Shown piece by piece: positions 37,730 through 50,440 of a stretch of 64,000 nucleotides of DNA. Made by a program: the position numbers and the translations under genes. Location of the stretch: contig JAGIQG010000003.1 of the NCBI GenBank assembly GCA_024679065.1, positions 60,822,001 to 60,886,000 of the forward strand, written 5' to 3'. The notes under the pieces are model-generated. The model was not told where the DNA came from, searched no databases, and was given only the letters and a program-made list of their open reading frames with translations. Each line of letters begins with the position of its first letter. Positions within the stretch are counted from its first letter, which is position 1. Origin of the DNA: Sphyrna mokarran (Eukaryota).

Positions 37730-39975
37730 ATGGTTCAGATAGGGCATTATGGTAAGAAAGCATTATAATTTCTCCTTTTGCTGTTTTCAGTTAACATTGA
37801 TGAGGTAATGGTTGTTCTGGCAAGTGCAGGCAGGATCAATTCCAAACACCATGCCTGGTTCACTGTACAGGGGACCAGGAGGAAGAATGAGATAGTAATA
37901 GAAGATGCTATAGCTGGATGAACAGACAAGTATTTCTGGATCTTCAAAAGTGTATCCAGGATGGTATGTTGGGAGTAAGGAAAGAGACAACGTGCTGGGA
38001 AGAAGACAAGCAAACAATTTCAGAAGTAATTTCTGGATTAATCCCAGTGCAATGTGGTAATGAGTATAGAAAAATGGGAATTGAACAAATTAATGCTTAT
38101 GAGATAGTATGAAAGGGCGAGGGCTTTAGATTCCTGGGACTTTGACAGATTCAAGAAGACCTGGGGTCTGATAAAGGCAAGATGGGTTGCACCTCAACTG
38201 GGCTGAGACCAATATCCACACAGGGGTATTTGCCCTCAAATTGAGATTAGTTTAAATTCACTTTTACAGAGATGAGAGCCAGGACATAACATTAGAATTG
38301 AACAAAGTATGTCAAGGAACTGGTGAGATAGATAGTACTAGGTAAATCAGTACCAAAGATTGTCATGCAAAACTGAAACCTGCCTTTGGAGAGATGGTTA
38401 GGTATCATTCAGGTAGAATCCATGAGGAGAAAAGTAGGGCAGTGAAAGTTGGATGAGGAAAGACAATAAGATAAAGCAGAAAATGGGTTTGTATGACATA
38501 TTAGGTTGATACAAATGAGAAACAGACTGAATATGCAGTTTAAAAGGGAGATGAAAAATGTATGAAACAAAGTATGAGGTGAAACTGACAGCTGACATAA
38601 AAGTCTCCTATAGCATACAAATAGTTAAAAAGTTAGTGAAAGGAAGAATGTGACCATTTCAATTTTATTTATTAGTGTCACAAGAAGGCTTACATTAAAA
38701 CTGCAATAAAGTTAGTGAAAAGGCCCAGCAGAATCAAAAAAGGGATTTGGGCACAGAGGTAGAGTGTGTGCCCCAGAAAAGCCAGCTTAACCTTGATGGG
38801 AAGGATTTCTGAAACAAATCTGGGATAAAATTAACAATCACTTGCACTAAATGTAGATTACTTAGGAAAAGTCATCATGGATTTGTTACAGCAATCTTGT
38901 TTAGTTGAGCTTTTTTGATGAACTAATAGAGTTGGTGAGAGTAATGCAATTGATCTGTTGTACGTGGACTTCCAAAAAATTTTTGATAAAGTGTCCCTTA
39001 ATAGGCTTGTCAACAAAGTGGCAGCATTTATGTGAGCGACAGAAAACAATAATCGTGATATGAAGTTGTTTTCAAATTGGATATTGTGTATATTGTGGGG
39101 TTCCCAAGTATCAGAAATAGGATCACTTTTTCTTGATCTGTGAATGTGTCGGGCACGGTTTTAAAAGATTATGGATAGTGCAAAACTTGGTGGTGATAAA
39201 GAGAGCATTGAATAGCTGTTGGAACTGGTTGATTAAAGTTAATGCCGAAAATTATGTATGATATATTTGGGAGAAAGAACGAGAAGTACCACTATAATGT
39301 AGAGAATACAAGTCTGCACTGATCACAACCCCACCCAGGCCCTATTTCCATAGCCCACATATTTAAGCTGCTAATCCCCTGAAACTAGAATCAATTCAGC
39401 ATAGCCAATCAACCTAATGTGTGCACCTTTGGATTGTGGGTGGAAACTGGAGCTCCTGGGGGAAACCCATGCAGACATGGGGAAAATGTGCACACTCCAC
39501 ACACACGCTGACCCGAGACTAGAATTGAGCCCAGGTTTCTGGTGCTGTGAGGCAGCAGTGCTAGCCATCACGCTGCCCATCTTGGTGTGCATGAGCACAG
39601 ATCATTGAAAGGGCAGGTTGAGAGATTGGCTATTAAGGCATATGGCACTGAGATTTTTAAATCAATGCATGGAATACAAAAGAATGTGATTGTGAATCTT
39701 TATAAAACTGATCAGTCTTGACTGCAGTAGTGTGTACAAATTCTGGATATACTTTAAGAAGGGTATAAGAGCATTAGAGAAGGTGCAGAAAAGATTTGAG
39801 TGTTTCCAGAGATGAGTTTCAGTGCATAGACTGGAGAAGCTGGGGCTATTCTGAAAGAGAAGGTTGAAAGGAAATTTATCAAAGTGCTCAAAATCATGAG
39901 GTATAGACTTAGTGAATCGGGAGAAAGTTCCTATTGAGAGAAGAATTAAGAATCAAGATATGAATTTGAGATGAA
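37730..39975 (+). mobile_element. Old degenerate CR1-type LINE (ORF1 esterase-like region through RT 3' end), interrupted by SINE pieces
   Basis: VIISGLIPV/GFRFL-like ORF1 remnants, YVDFQKIFDKV at 38960-38995, and CR1 C-terminal remnants at 39700-39950. Confidence 0.65.
39315..39578 (-). mobile_element. HE1/V-SINE-like SINE
   Basis: Reverse complement of head (gcagcagtgctagcca) and V-domain (ccaatcaacctaa..ctttggattgtgggtggaaactggagc). Confidence 0.85.
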
Positions 39976-39999
39976 TGTCATTGGTTTTTTGCCAATGTG

Positions 40000-40350
40000 G
40001 GAGGCACGGTGGCACAATAATTAACACTGCTGCCTCGCAACATCAGGATGGTGGGTTCCATACTAGCTTTGAATAAGTGAAGTTTGCACATTTGCTCCAT
40101 GTCTGTGTACGGTTACTCCAGGTGCTCTGATTTCCTCCCACAGTCCAAAGAAGTGAAGTTAGGTGTATTGGCCAAGTTAAATTTCCTCTTATTATTTCAA
40201 GATGTTTTATTTGGGAGGGGATTAACTGGATAAGTGCGTGGCATTGTGGGATAGAGCAGGAAGATGGGCCTGGATATGATATTCTGTTGGAGTATCAGTG
40301 CAGACTTGATGGGTTTGAATGGCCTCCTCCACTCTGATGATTCTATGATA
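40000..40350 (+). mobile_element. HE1/V-SINE-like SINE, full length, CR1-type tail
   Basis: ggcacggtggcaca..cactgctgcctc head, ctcccacagtccaaaga..gttaggtg.attggcca core, gaatggcctcc..gattctatga tail. Confidence 0.85.
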
Positions 40351-42089
40351 TGACGAAAAACATTTTTTAAGCTATCCCTCTTTAGGGTCTGTAATATGTT
40401 GCTTCAGCATTGAGGACACATTCAATTATGGCTGTCAAAGGTTTCTACGTGGGAGAAATGATCAAGTGTTGTACTGGGAACAAATCTCCCATCATCTTTG
40501 AGGACAGGTGAGGAAAGAAGGCACATCAAATTCAGTTTGTGAAGTTATTGCATATTTCTAAGCTGATATGAGTGTATGATGGCTTGAATTTTGCTTGTAA
40601 TGTGCAAAATTCCTTAATGGAAAGAAAATGGGAAGTACTTTTTTCTGCATTTGGAGGTCTCTATTTTTGCTCCTCATTGTAACGTAATGAACCTGTTTCC
40701 AGATTTTACTCTGAGCTCTAACATCTGACATATTGAACTGAAAAATGCCATCTGGAACTGAATATTAACTGGCAGTGTTGTGGAAGGATATAATTAATCT
40801 TATGGGATTCTTGTGAATGGTGCCAGATACCTTGTAAACTCATGATTACTGTAGTCTTGAAATATTTTACTATGTTAAAAGTGCAATATAAATGCAAGTT
40901 GTTGCATTCCTGGTTTTAAGTGTTAATTTTAAACATTGTCAGAAGATAATTTAACACATGTTTATTGGCATGCATGTTTTAGCCATTCCAAATCCAGGAG
41001 CTATACTCAGCTCTCTCTCTGACCTCATCATCTTCCCCAAAATCCCATTTTGTTATTCTTCGGTCTTCTGTTTCCATCTCAGTACGCAATCATGGTACCT
41101 TTTCTTCCTAAATCCCTGCCCCAAACCTTTTCACTATTTCCTATTCTGTTGCCACTATTCTTGCTTGATTCATCTTTAAATTGGGTCACAGCTATTCTTT
41201 GTTCCTCTCAGCTCTCTGTAAAGATCCCAATAAACACTACAACATACCTCAGTTGTGTTTTGCACATCTCTCAGTGCACTTAAAGGCTACTCTTGCCAAC
41301 CTTATTTGAACCACAGTCCTACCCTCATTACTTTTGGATTCTGCCAGTAGACTGACACCCCTCCTTCCCCATCGCCAACAATGTCCAGCCATTCAGGCCC
41401 TTGCCAATGATTGCATTAGTAAAATGACTGACAAACTTGAGTTGCAAATGTCAAAATCATGACCCTTTCCCATGCATCGCCATCCAGTTATGCTATTCCC
41501 AATTCGTTGCAGCGCTAGTGTGACCATTTCACTACATCATTCTCCTTACTGTTCTATTATATCCTCCTTTGATCATTATCATTATTACTATTCCTATCCC
41601 CGATTATCTTCAATTTGAAAACTGCTATTATCATTTCCCCCCATCCCCTCCATGTTCCCTGCCCAAATAAGGGATCTTATTTGTATGTTCAACGTCTATG
41701 TTCACCTTTCTTCCACAGGACTTAAATGCTCTCAATCAAAGTTGCAAATAGCATGCTTTGACAGTGGTACATCATTCTACGGAATTGGGCTGAAAAGTAT
41801 TAGTTAAACCTACAATGATTGGACCATTAAGACTAGGCACAGCTTCCATTTCTCTACTGTATCTCTGTAGCCTCTTTATGATTTCCTCAGAGCTTCCTTT
41901 CCCATGTAACTTTGTTAACAATTTTAAACCATTATTTGCTAAACTTACATTAAATATTTAAAAATTCTACTTCTATATTTCTAACTTGATTGTCACCAAA
42001 ATCTTCAATAGTCAATATCTGTAACTGTGTAGTATAAGAAAGCTCTGTTTCATAAATTTAGTGAAAGCCTTTTTCCTGCATTTCTGCAC

Positions 42090-42960
42090 TTCTAGTGTAG
42101 GAAAATATCTTGAGGCACCTCACTAAGGATAAGCAGGATAAAAAGGATATTGACCAAAGATGAGATGCTGAGAGAAGATACACAAGTTTGAGGGAACCAG
42201 TTATGTGGTATATTTGGACTTTCGAAAAACGTTTGACAAAATCCTGCACAGGAAATTATCGTGCAAGATTAAAGAGCATGGGATTGGGAGAATGTATTGA
42301 AACAGATAGAAAACTGTTTGGCAGAGAGGAAACAAAGAATAGGAATTAATGGGTCCTTTTCAGATTGGTAGGCAGTAACTAGTAGGCTGTCACAGGGATT
42401 GGTACCGGGACCCCAACTATTCCCAACATATATTAATGATTTGGATGAGGGTATAAAATGTAACATCTCAAAGTTTGCAAATGATACCAAATTGGATGGA
42501 AAGGGTGAACTATGATGAGGATGCAGAGATCTTTCAAAATGATCTGGGCAGGTTGGGTGAGTGGGTAAATCCGTGGCAGATGGTAGTATAATTTGGATAA
42601 GTGTGAGGTTATTTATTTGGAAGCAAAAACAAGAAGGCAGTAAATTGGGAGAGGAGTAAATTGAGTGATGTGACAGGGTGGGTGCAGGGAGAATGCCCCC
42701 AATGGTGGGGGAATCCAGAGGTCACAATTTGAGATTCAGGGTAGACCATTTAAGACTGGGATGAAGAGACTTTTTTTTAACCAAAGAGTGGTGAGCTTGT
42801 AAATGCCAAAATGTTAAATGTATTGATATAGAACTTGGAGCAATGGGATAAAAGATTATGGGGAAAAATCAGGATTAAGCTACTGAGTTGAACAATCATC
42901 CATGATCGTAATGAATAGCAGAGCAAGCTCGAAGGGCCTCCTGCTCCTTTCTTCTATGTG
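42090..42960 (+). mobile_element. CR1-type LINE RT fragment
   Basis: VVYLDFRKTFDK, KQRIGINGSFSDW, YINDLDEG and ISKFANDTK on the + strand. CR1-like tail at ~42930-42960. Confidence 0.8.
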
Positions 42961-43099
42961 ATTTAGGTGCAACAGCAAAATGTGAGTTAAGCAAGCCTTT
43001 AAGAAACCTGAAACTTTTAACCCTCATGGGGATTACTGGTGTCAATATGTGGAGCGCCTTCAATTATTTATTAGAGCCAACATTGTAGAGGGGGAGGAG

Positions 43100-46000
43100 A
43101 AATAGTGAATTATCCTGTTGTCAAAACATGGAGCCCAACATACAAAATGATCAAGAACTTAACTTCTCTGGAGGCTCCTGATACTATACAATTTGAGCAG
43201 CTGGTGGCATTGTAAAGGGGTACCTTTATCCCAAACTGTCTAATCGTGCAGCAGTTTAAATTTAATTTAGGAGGAACCTGGAGACTCTGTCGCAGAGTTT
43301 GTGGCAAGATTGAGACAGCTGTCAGAGCAGTATGTTTTTGGAATCATGCTTGAAAATATACTCAGAGACAGACTAGTCTGTAGGGTGAACAATTTGACTA
43401 TACAGAAAAGACTTTAGCTGAAATGATGGAGATTGCACAGGTTTTGAAGGGTGCTGAGATGGGTACTTTGGGCCTACAGAGGAAGGTGATGATAGTGGTG
43501 GTGACACAAAGAAAACAACTCTAAGTGTGTGATATGGAGAGCAACTCTGAAGACGAGTCTGTGGTAACAGTTGAATAATTTAAGTGTGTGTAAATCCTAT
43601 CATAATTGAATTGTTGCTCAATGGCTTTCTCTGCATGGAAGAAGATACTGGAGCATCAGCTACCGTGATGGGAGAACATGTGTATAAATATTTAAAAGAT
43701 AGTATTCAAGAGATTAGGTTGAAAGACCTTGGTGAGGTTAGCTACATGTATGGGACAGTCCCTAAAAATATTGGGAACAACTTCCATGCCAGTGATGTAC
43801 CAGTATCAATTGGATCAGCTATCTATCCTCATTGTGAAGGGTCAAAGGCTTAGCCTAATGGGACAAGATTTGTTGAGGCATAAAACTAAATTGGCCAGAA
43901 ACCATCAGTATAACTGACAACAGTTTCTAAGGTTTTAAGGAAATACCAAGAGGTATTTTGTAATGAACGAGGGGAAATATGGGATGTCAAAGATAAGGTC
44001 TGTGTTAATTCAGACGCTTAACCCAAATTTTTTAGAGCTCGTCCAATTCACTACACTTTTCAGTAGAGGTGGACTGAAGTAGTTAGAAAAGTTGGAAATA
44101 ATAAAACCAGTACAATTTTCAGAGTGGGTGGCTCCTATTGTCCCTGTGGGAAGCCAGGCAGAATGGTTCCCATAAACTGAGATTAAACATTAGCCACAAA
44201 ACAAGTGGCCAAGATAGATGGTTATGCAACCGCAAAGATTAATGACTATTGGCAAAGTTAGAAGGAGGACAAAGATTTACCAAACTTGACCTGAGTCATA
44301 CATACCGCATTGGAGCTGGATGAGGACTCAATTAAGTAAATGACAAAAACTATTCTCAGGGGTCTGTACTAATATAACCGGTTGCCCTTTGGAGTTTCAC
44401 CAGTTTGTGCCATTTTCCAGTGAAACATGGAGAGTTTATTGTAGGGTATGCTGAGGGTGTTGTTGTACGTAGATGATGTGTTGGTCACAGGGGTGTCCCA
44501 AGCAAAACAATTAGTGAATCTCAAAGCGATACTGAAGAGATTTAAGGATGCAGGAGTAAGGCTCAAACAAGAGGTGTAATTATCAGGTCTCCAAAGTTCC
44601 ACCCATGTCTGAGCTGAAGTCTTCCTTGGGCATGGAATATTATTATGGGTGTTTCATACCCAATCTGTCAACACTATTAGCACCTCTACATCAGCTGTTG
44701 AAATAATACCAACAAAATTGGTATTGCCCTGCAATCTTCAGACTTGACCAGGAAGCAAAGATTGTGTTAATGTCAGATTGTCACCGTGTGAAGTAGGGAC
44801 AGTGTTGTCATATGAGATGGGAGATGGGACAGAGCGCCCATGGCCTTCACATGAAGAACCTTGGCGGATGCAAAGAGGGGCCATTCCCAGATTAAAAAGG
44901 AGGGTTTGGTGGTGATCTATGGGATTAAAACATTTCACCAACATATGTGTGGGCGGAACTTCAAACCATTATTGGGCTTGTTCAAGGAGGATAAAGCCAT
45001 TCCTCCTATTGTCTCAGTCAGAATCCAGCATTGGGCGTTGCCTATGAGTACTTATTTTAGCGTAGACTGAGTACTCAGTTCAAACACAGTTGCCTGCCCT
45101 TATCACAGAGTGATTACCACCGACAGCACTGCAAGAGATCATATACACCCCAAACCTTTTGGATATTCAATTGATTTCTGCCCAGCAAATCCAGACTTGG
45201 ACCCAGGGAGATGCAGCACCGGCAAAGGTAAAAAGAATGGTCCTTTGCAGTTAAAATGATGACAAGTCTGAGCAGTATCAGACCTATCAATTCCAAAAAG
45301 AGCAGCTGAGTGTAGAGTGAAATGTGTTTCATGGTGGTAACATTTGACACCTTGCTGGCCTGGCAAAACTTGCTATCTGTTGCCCCATTCAAACTGCTTT
45401 AGTGATTAGACCTGACCATGAAACAACAACTCAGTTTATCAATGAGCTCAACAACTTGAGAGCATGCATCTTCCAGTTGGGCACTTTACAGCTTTCTGGA
45501 CTGAACATTGAGTTTCAGCAGCTTCAGAGGGTGAGCTCTCTCATCCACCATCATCCCATTTTCATTTACTTTATCTCATGTTGTTTCATCTCGTTCATCC
45601 ATTTTATCATCTTTCTTTCTCACTTCTATTTTTCCCACTTCTCCATTCCAGCTTTCCTTCTTCACCACCAGAACATCCTCCCCACCACAACATTTTGAAG
45701 GCAACTACCATAATCCTAGGCAGTCCCTTACCATCTCTCCCTGTTTTGCTATTCACACATTCCAATCATTTAGTGGACACTCTTAGTACTTTCTCAGTTT
45801 TCTGCTTCCCCACTTACATTGCCTTTGTCTCATTTCATGCCCCATCCTCATAGTATAAATCTGCAGATTCTCTTACCTCTGACGAAGGGTCATCTAGACT
45901 AGAAACATTGGCTCTGTTTGCTCCCCGCAGTTACTTTCAGACCTGCTGAAATTTCCCAGCATTTTCTGTTTTAAGTCAGTTTCTCAGATGCCTTGGCCTC

Positions 46001-46690
46001 CTTGGTGAACCTTATCTTATGCCAGTCCTTATAAAACCAATCATCATTCTCCTGAGTCAGGGAGCTTCTACTGAGGAATTATATGTAGCCCTATCCTGGT
46101 ATGACTAATATGAAGATGCTGGCATGCAGCTGCATCTACTGGCTAGGCCTGGACAAAGGCATTGAGATTGTGGTCAAGCGATGTGACCTATACCAGCTGC
46201 AGCAACAGCAACCCCCGGCAGGCCAGTTACACCCTTGGGAATGGTCTAGCCAACTGTAGATATGGATCCATATTGATTTTATAGGATCATTTCTACGTGC
46301 CACATTTCTTATTATACAAAATGGATAGTTGTATATGTGATGAGATTCACAGCCTCAATGATGATGACAGGAGCAGACGCTTGCCAATCATGAGTTGCCA
46401 GATAACGGCTCAACTTTCATCAGCGAGGCATTTCTTTATTTTTTTACAACGAGAGAGGAGATTGGGCATGTTAAAACAGCACCTTATCAAGCTGTGTCCA
46501 ATGGGTTGGCAGAGTAAGTGCTTCAGATCTTTAAAGCATCAATTAAAAAGAGATTGTTGGCTCCCTCAATCTAAAGTTTTGAGGTTTCTATGGCTTACCA
46601 GACCATTCTTCATGTCATCAGGTGTTCCCTGCTGAATTGTTCATGGGTGGTGCCTTAGGACAATCCTGGATTTCATATTTCCAAGTTTCT
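43100..46690 (+). mobile_element. Degenerate Ty3/Gypsy LTR-retrotransposon internal region (gag-PR-RT-RH-IN), interrupted at ~45070-45975
   Basis: gag RDRLV../IQKRLLAE; protease DTGASATVM; RT VAPIVPV, FTKLDLSH, YNRLPFGVS, YVDDVLVTG; RNase H KEGLVVIYGIKTFH; integrase PLHPWEW..IHIDF. Many stops. Confidence 0.85.
45070..45975 (+). mobile_element. Degenerate Penelope-like element (second family) with hammerhead-like core at 45879-45905
   Basis: IFQLGTLQLSGLNIEF (PLE C-terminus), pyrimidine-rich 3'UTR, CTGACGA-agggtcatctagacta-GAAAC, and tail gacctgctgaaatttcccagcattttctgtttt. Confidence 0.65.
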
Positions 46691-46999
46691 TTTTTGAGCG
46701 GGGAGGGGTAGCTATAACAATTTGCTGCATTTTCAGTTTTTATATATGTCAGAGTTTCACCTGCAATATCACTGCTGTGCTGTGGGTGTCAGCAAACACC
46801 CACAGGTCACATTACAGGCTAGAGATACTATGCTGAAATTCAAGCAGTTATCTTGAATCAATTATCATATTTCCTAGCAAATGATGGCTGCCAAAACAGA
46901 TATTGAGGAAAACCTGCTGGGAGTTTTATAATTCATTGTTGCATCAACCCCTCAGCAATATTTATTCAGGGTTGCATTTCTACTGTAAACCTTCCATAA

Positions 47000-49750
47000 A
47001 TAAGACTAATTGGAAAAGTCCAAGGCACTTCACAAGTGATATTGACCAACATTTGACAAAGAGTCACGAGAAGAGGTATCAAGGCAGCTAATCAAAGAGG
47101 TAAATTTTAAGGAAGATGTTAAAGGGGTAGATAAAGGAGAAGAGAATAGGTTTAGGGAGCAAATTCAAGAACTTGAACAATCAAAAGAACAATGGTCAAT
47201 TATGTATAAATTAAAATTGGTTGTGCAAGAGACTAGAATTGGAAGAGATGAGCAATAGGATGGTTTGGCTGGAGGAGAACAGCGTTCAACGGGAAGAAGG
47301 AGTTTGAAAACAAGGATGGGAACTTTAAAATTATAGCATTGCCAGACTGGCAGCCATCGCTAGTCAACAATGCGAGTTACTATCTGAGCAGTCAAGTTTT
47401 GAATGAACTCCAGTTAGTTTGGTAGAAGGTGGGAGCCTGGCAAGGAGAGAATTGGAATAGACAAGTCTAGATGGATGACAAAGAATGGTTGGGTTTTTTC
47501 AGCAGCAGAGGAGCTGAGACCAGGGCAGAGTCAGGATATGTTATGGAGTTTGAAATATGTAGCCTTGTTTGTTAAATGGATGTCTGGTCAGAAGCGTATA
47601 TCGATGTCAAACATAGTATCAAGTTAAGATTGTTGCCAGTTAGAGAGCTGGGAAGTGGTGGTTGGCGAATGATTCCAGTCTCTCTCTCTACCAAAACTGA
47701 ATCTAATGCGTGACTGATTGATATCAGTGATACATCTACACCATAAATTAGATATCCCATCTGTTAACCCTTTATACTACACCTCTCTCAAGTAAACTAT
47801 CCACTTTTTAACAACAGCTTGAAATGCTATTTTTTAACTATTTACATTACATTTCTGTACCTTCCTTTTTACAACTCTAAGTTGAACTCAACTCCTACTC
47901 TTCCTTTCCCCAAATCACAGTTCTGGGGTGTTTAACTTCTCACAGCATTCTTGGCCCTTATGGGAGTCATCTTGGAGAATGAGAGTTTTCTTATACATTT
48001 GGTAAGACATCATCATCTGCAGAAAAGGACAACATTTTAGCATCATTGATGTCAGTGTTGCTGGGAAACAGAGTGCAGCTTGCAAGATGACACAATTCCA
48101 AGGACAACAAAGACTTTTCAATCAAGGTCTGATTCAAGGCAGAGGACTGAAGAAAATTGGCCTTTGGAATCTCTGGGACTAGAGAATTCCAAGATATTCT
48201 ATGGGACTTGGGGGAAAGCGTCAGTAGAGAAATGAGCTTAAACTCCGAGGAAGGCTATCATAGCCATGTCTGTCTATTGATGACAGAATGGGCATTGGAA
48301 ATTTGAGATATCAATAAACTTAAGACAGCGAACTAGTTAAGCAATACAGGTTGATTAGAAATAATTGAATCAATTCCCTAGATCATTGCAACCACTAGTT
48401 AAAACATGCTCAATAAATTATTACTAAAATAAGAATGTACTTAAATTCTCAGTAGACTCCTGGGTCCTCTGCCATAGGATAATATCATCTGCTATTGGAC
48501 TTACAGCACAAAGAAAGGAACTGACTTTAAACTATTTTTCTTTTTGGTGAAAGCCTGTTGCTACTTGATACCAGAAAACTCCTACTGCTGGTCTCTCTGT
48601 GAGGCTTTGAGACAGTCAGACAGGTGAGACAAAGGCAAAGACTGCTTAGCATATATGGTTATTGTTGCCTCTCTCCAGGGTGCTGCCTCCTTCTGCCAAT
48701 TTTTTAACAAGATGCTTTCAATAGTTTCTTCACTCTGGCTCCTTTCATAACATTAATGAGTTTTTTACATCAACATTGCCACTGCTGCCACCACTGTTCT
48801 GAGAAAGTGCTTTGATGTTGGTCTCTAGGCATGGAGTTTGGTTACTAGGCAAGCTGCAGATATACTCTACTATCTGCTTAACAACTGTTTATTATTACTA
48901 TATCTAAACAGGATGTTGCTTCTCGGCATGATTCTAACCAGAGAGAGTCCAACACATGACTAACTGACTGTCAGTATTACATCATCATCTACATCATATA
49001 TTTTCATCTCCCATCTGTTAACCCTTTAGACTTCAATGATAGAATTGAAGGTAGAGGAGATGCTACCAGAGGAGAGGGAATATTTACAGTATCAGCTAAC
49101 ATGGGACATTGGGTGGTCAGCAGTTTAGAGGGAATAAGTTCAAGAAAACGAGGTGGGTCTTGTGGACAAAATTACCTTAAGAATGGTATTATGAAAGATG
49201 GGAGAGAACATGGAAAAAGATGTGTGCTCAGCGCTTGGGCGGTGTGGAATTTTAGAAGAAGATTAGCAGTGGAGTAGGAGATGAGAGGGATGCAGCTGAA
49301 GTGATGATTTCAATCTATGTGACAAAGTGGTCATGCAGCTCCATGCACTAATTATTAAAGTGGGGGATTTCAGAAAACTGTAGAAGAGACTCATGATTTT
49401 TGAATAATGAGCAGGTATAAACAAAGGAGAGCAGGACCCAATAGTGTTTTATATAGACCAACCAGACCTATTGATAAATGGCTAGACCAGTTGTCCATCA
49501 AAGTTGTCAAGGATGTGCAATTTTAACTTATGGGATTGAAGATAATGGCCAGGGAAAGGTCAGGTGGAGAGTAATGGTTTTAATGAAAATAAAAGCATTG
49601 GAGATGGTAGAGTGTATGTGATTAAGTTAGTAGGTAGCTGCAGAAATTTCATAATGTAGGTCTATTGGCTCCAACAGTTTGAATTTGGAAAGTGTAGCTG
49701 TAAGGGACTCAAAGGGCAATATTTCAGAGCGGGCGCAGCATGAAATAGAT
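47000..49750 (-). mobile_element. Old L2-like LINE remnant split by the LTR element
   Basis: Purine-rich reverse L2-type sequence on both sides of 47670-49035, e.g. gcagagga gctgagacagggcagagtcagg. Confidence 0.45.
47670..49035 (-). mobile_element. Internally deleted (non-autonomous) LTR element with two LTR copies, PBS and PPT
   Basis: Direct repeats end ...cccatctgttaaccctttatactaca (47781) and ...cccatctgttaaccctttagacttca (49035). PPT-like cctctctc at 47782-47789. PBS-like TGGTGGCAGCAGTGG on the minus strand at ~48779-48793. Confidence 0.6.
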
Positions 49751-50091
49751 GATGGATTTGTCTGCCAAGCTGCATCACATTAAATTACAATGTCTTATTA
49801 ATAGAACAGTAGAGAAGGAAAGAAAAGGAAGTAAATCCTACACTCCAATCCTACTATCCCATTGGATGTATCGTCCCATGTGCCCAAAGATCTGAGGTCA
49901 AGAATCAACCTGTTCAGTCATATGAAGACTCACAAGAGAAACTGGCAATCCTGAGTAGATGTCATCTTGAATCAAGGGACAATTGACATTTTAAACATAC
50001 CTGTTAAACAAACTTGCACTACGAAGGCAGAAAACATGAGACAGATTTGCCTTGCCTTCTGGGAAACTGAATAAATTTAAGGTATTTAAGA

Positions 50092-50440
50092 TGGGTGGCT
50101 TAGTGATTAGCACTTCTGCCTCACAACACCAGGCACCCAAATTTGATTCCAGCCTTAGATTAATATGTGGGGTTTATGCATTCTCCTCATTGTGCATGGG
50201 TTTCCTTTGAGTGCTCTGGTTTGCCCCCATAGTCCAAGGATGTGTAGGTTAGATGGATTGGCCATGCTCAATTGGCCCTTAGTGTCACAAGATATATAGG
50301 TTAGCGGAAATAGTGGTATACATACGTGTGATTATGGAGTTAGGTCAGGGGTTGGGTCTGGATTAGACGCTCTGTTGGGATTTGATGCATTCTCAGTGAG
50401 CTGAATGGCCTCTTTCTGCACTGTAGAGTTTCTATAATTC
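50092..50440 (+). mobile_element. HE1/V-SINE-like SINE, full length, CR1-type tail
   Basis: ggtggcttagtgattagcact head, gatgtgtaggttagatggattggccatgct core, gaatggcctctttctgcactgtagagtttctata tail. Confidence 0.85.
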
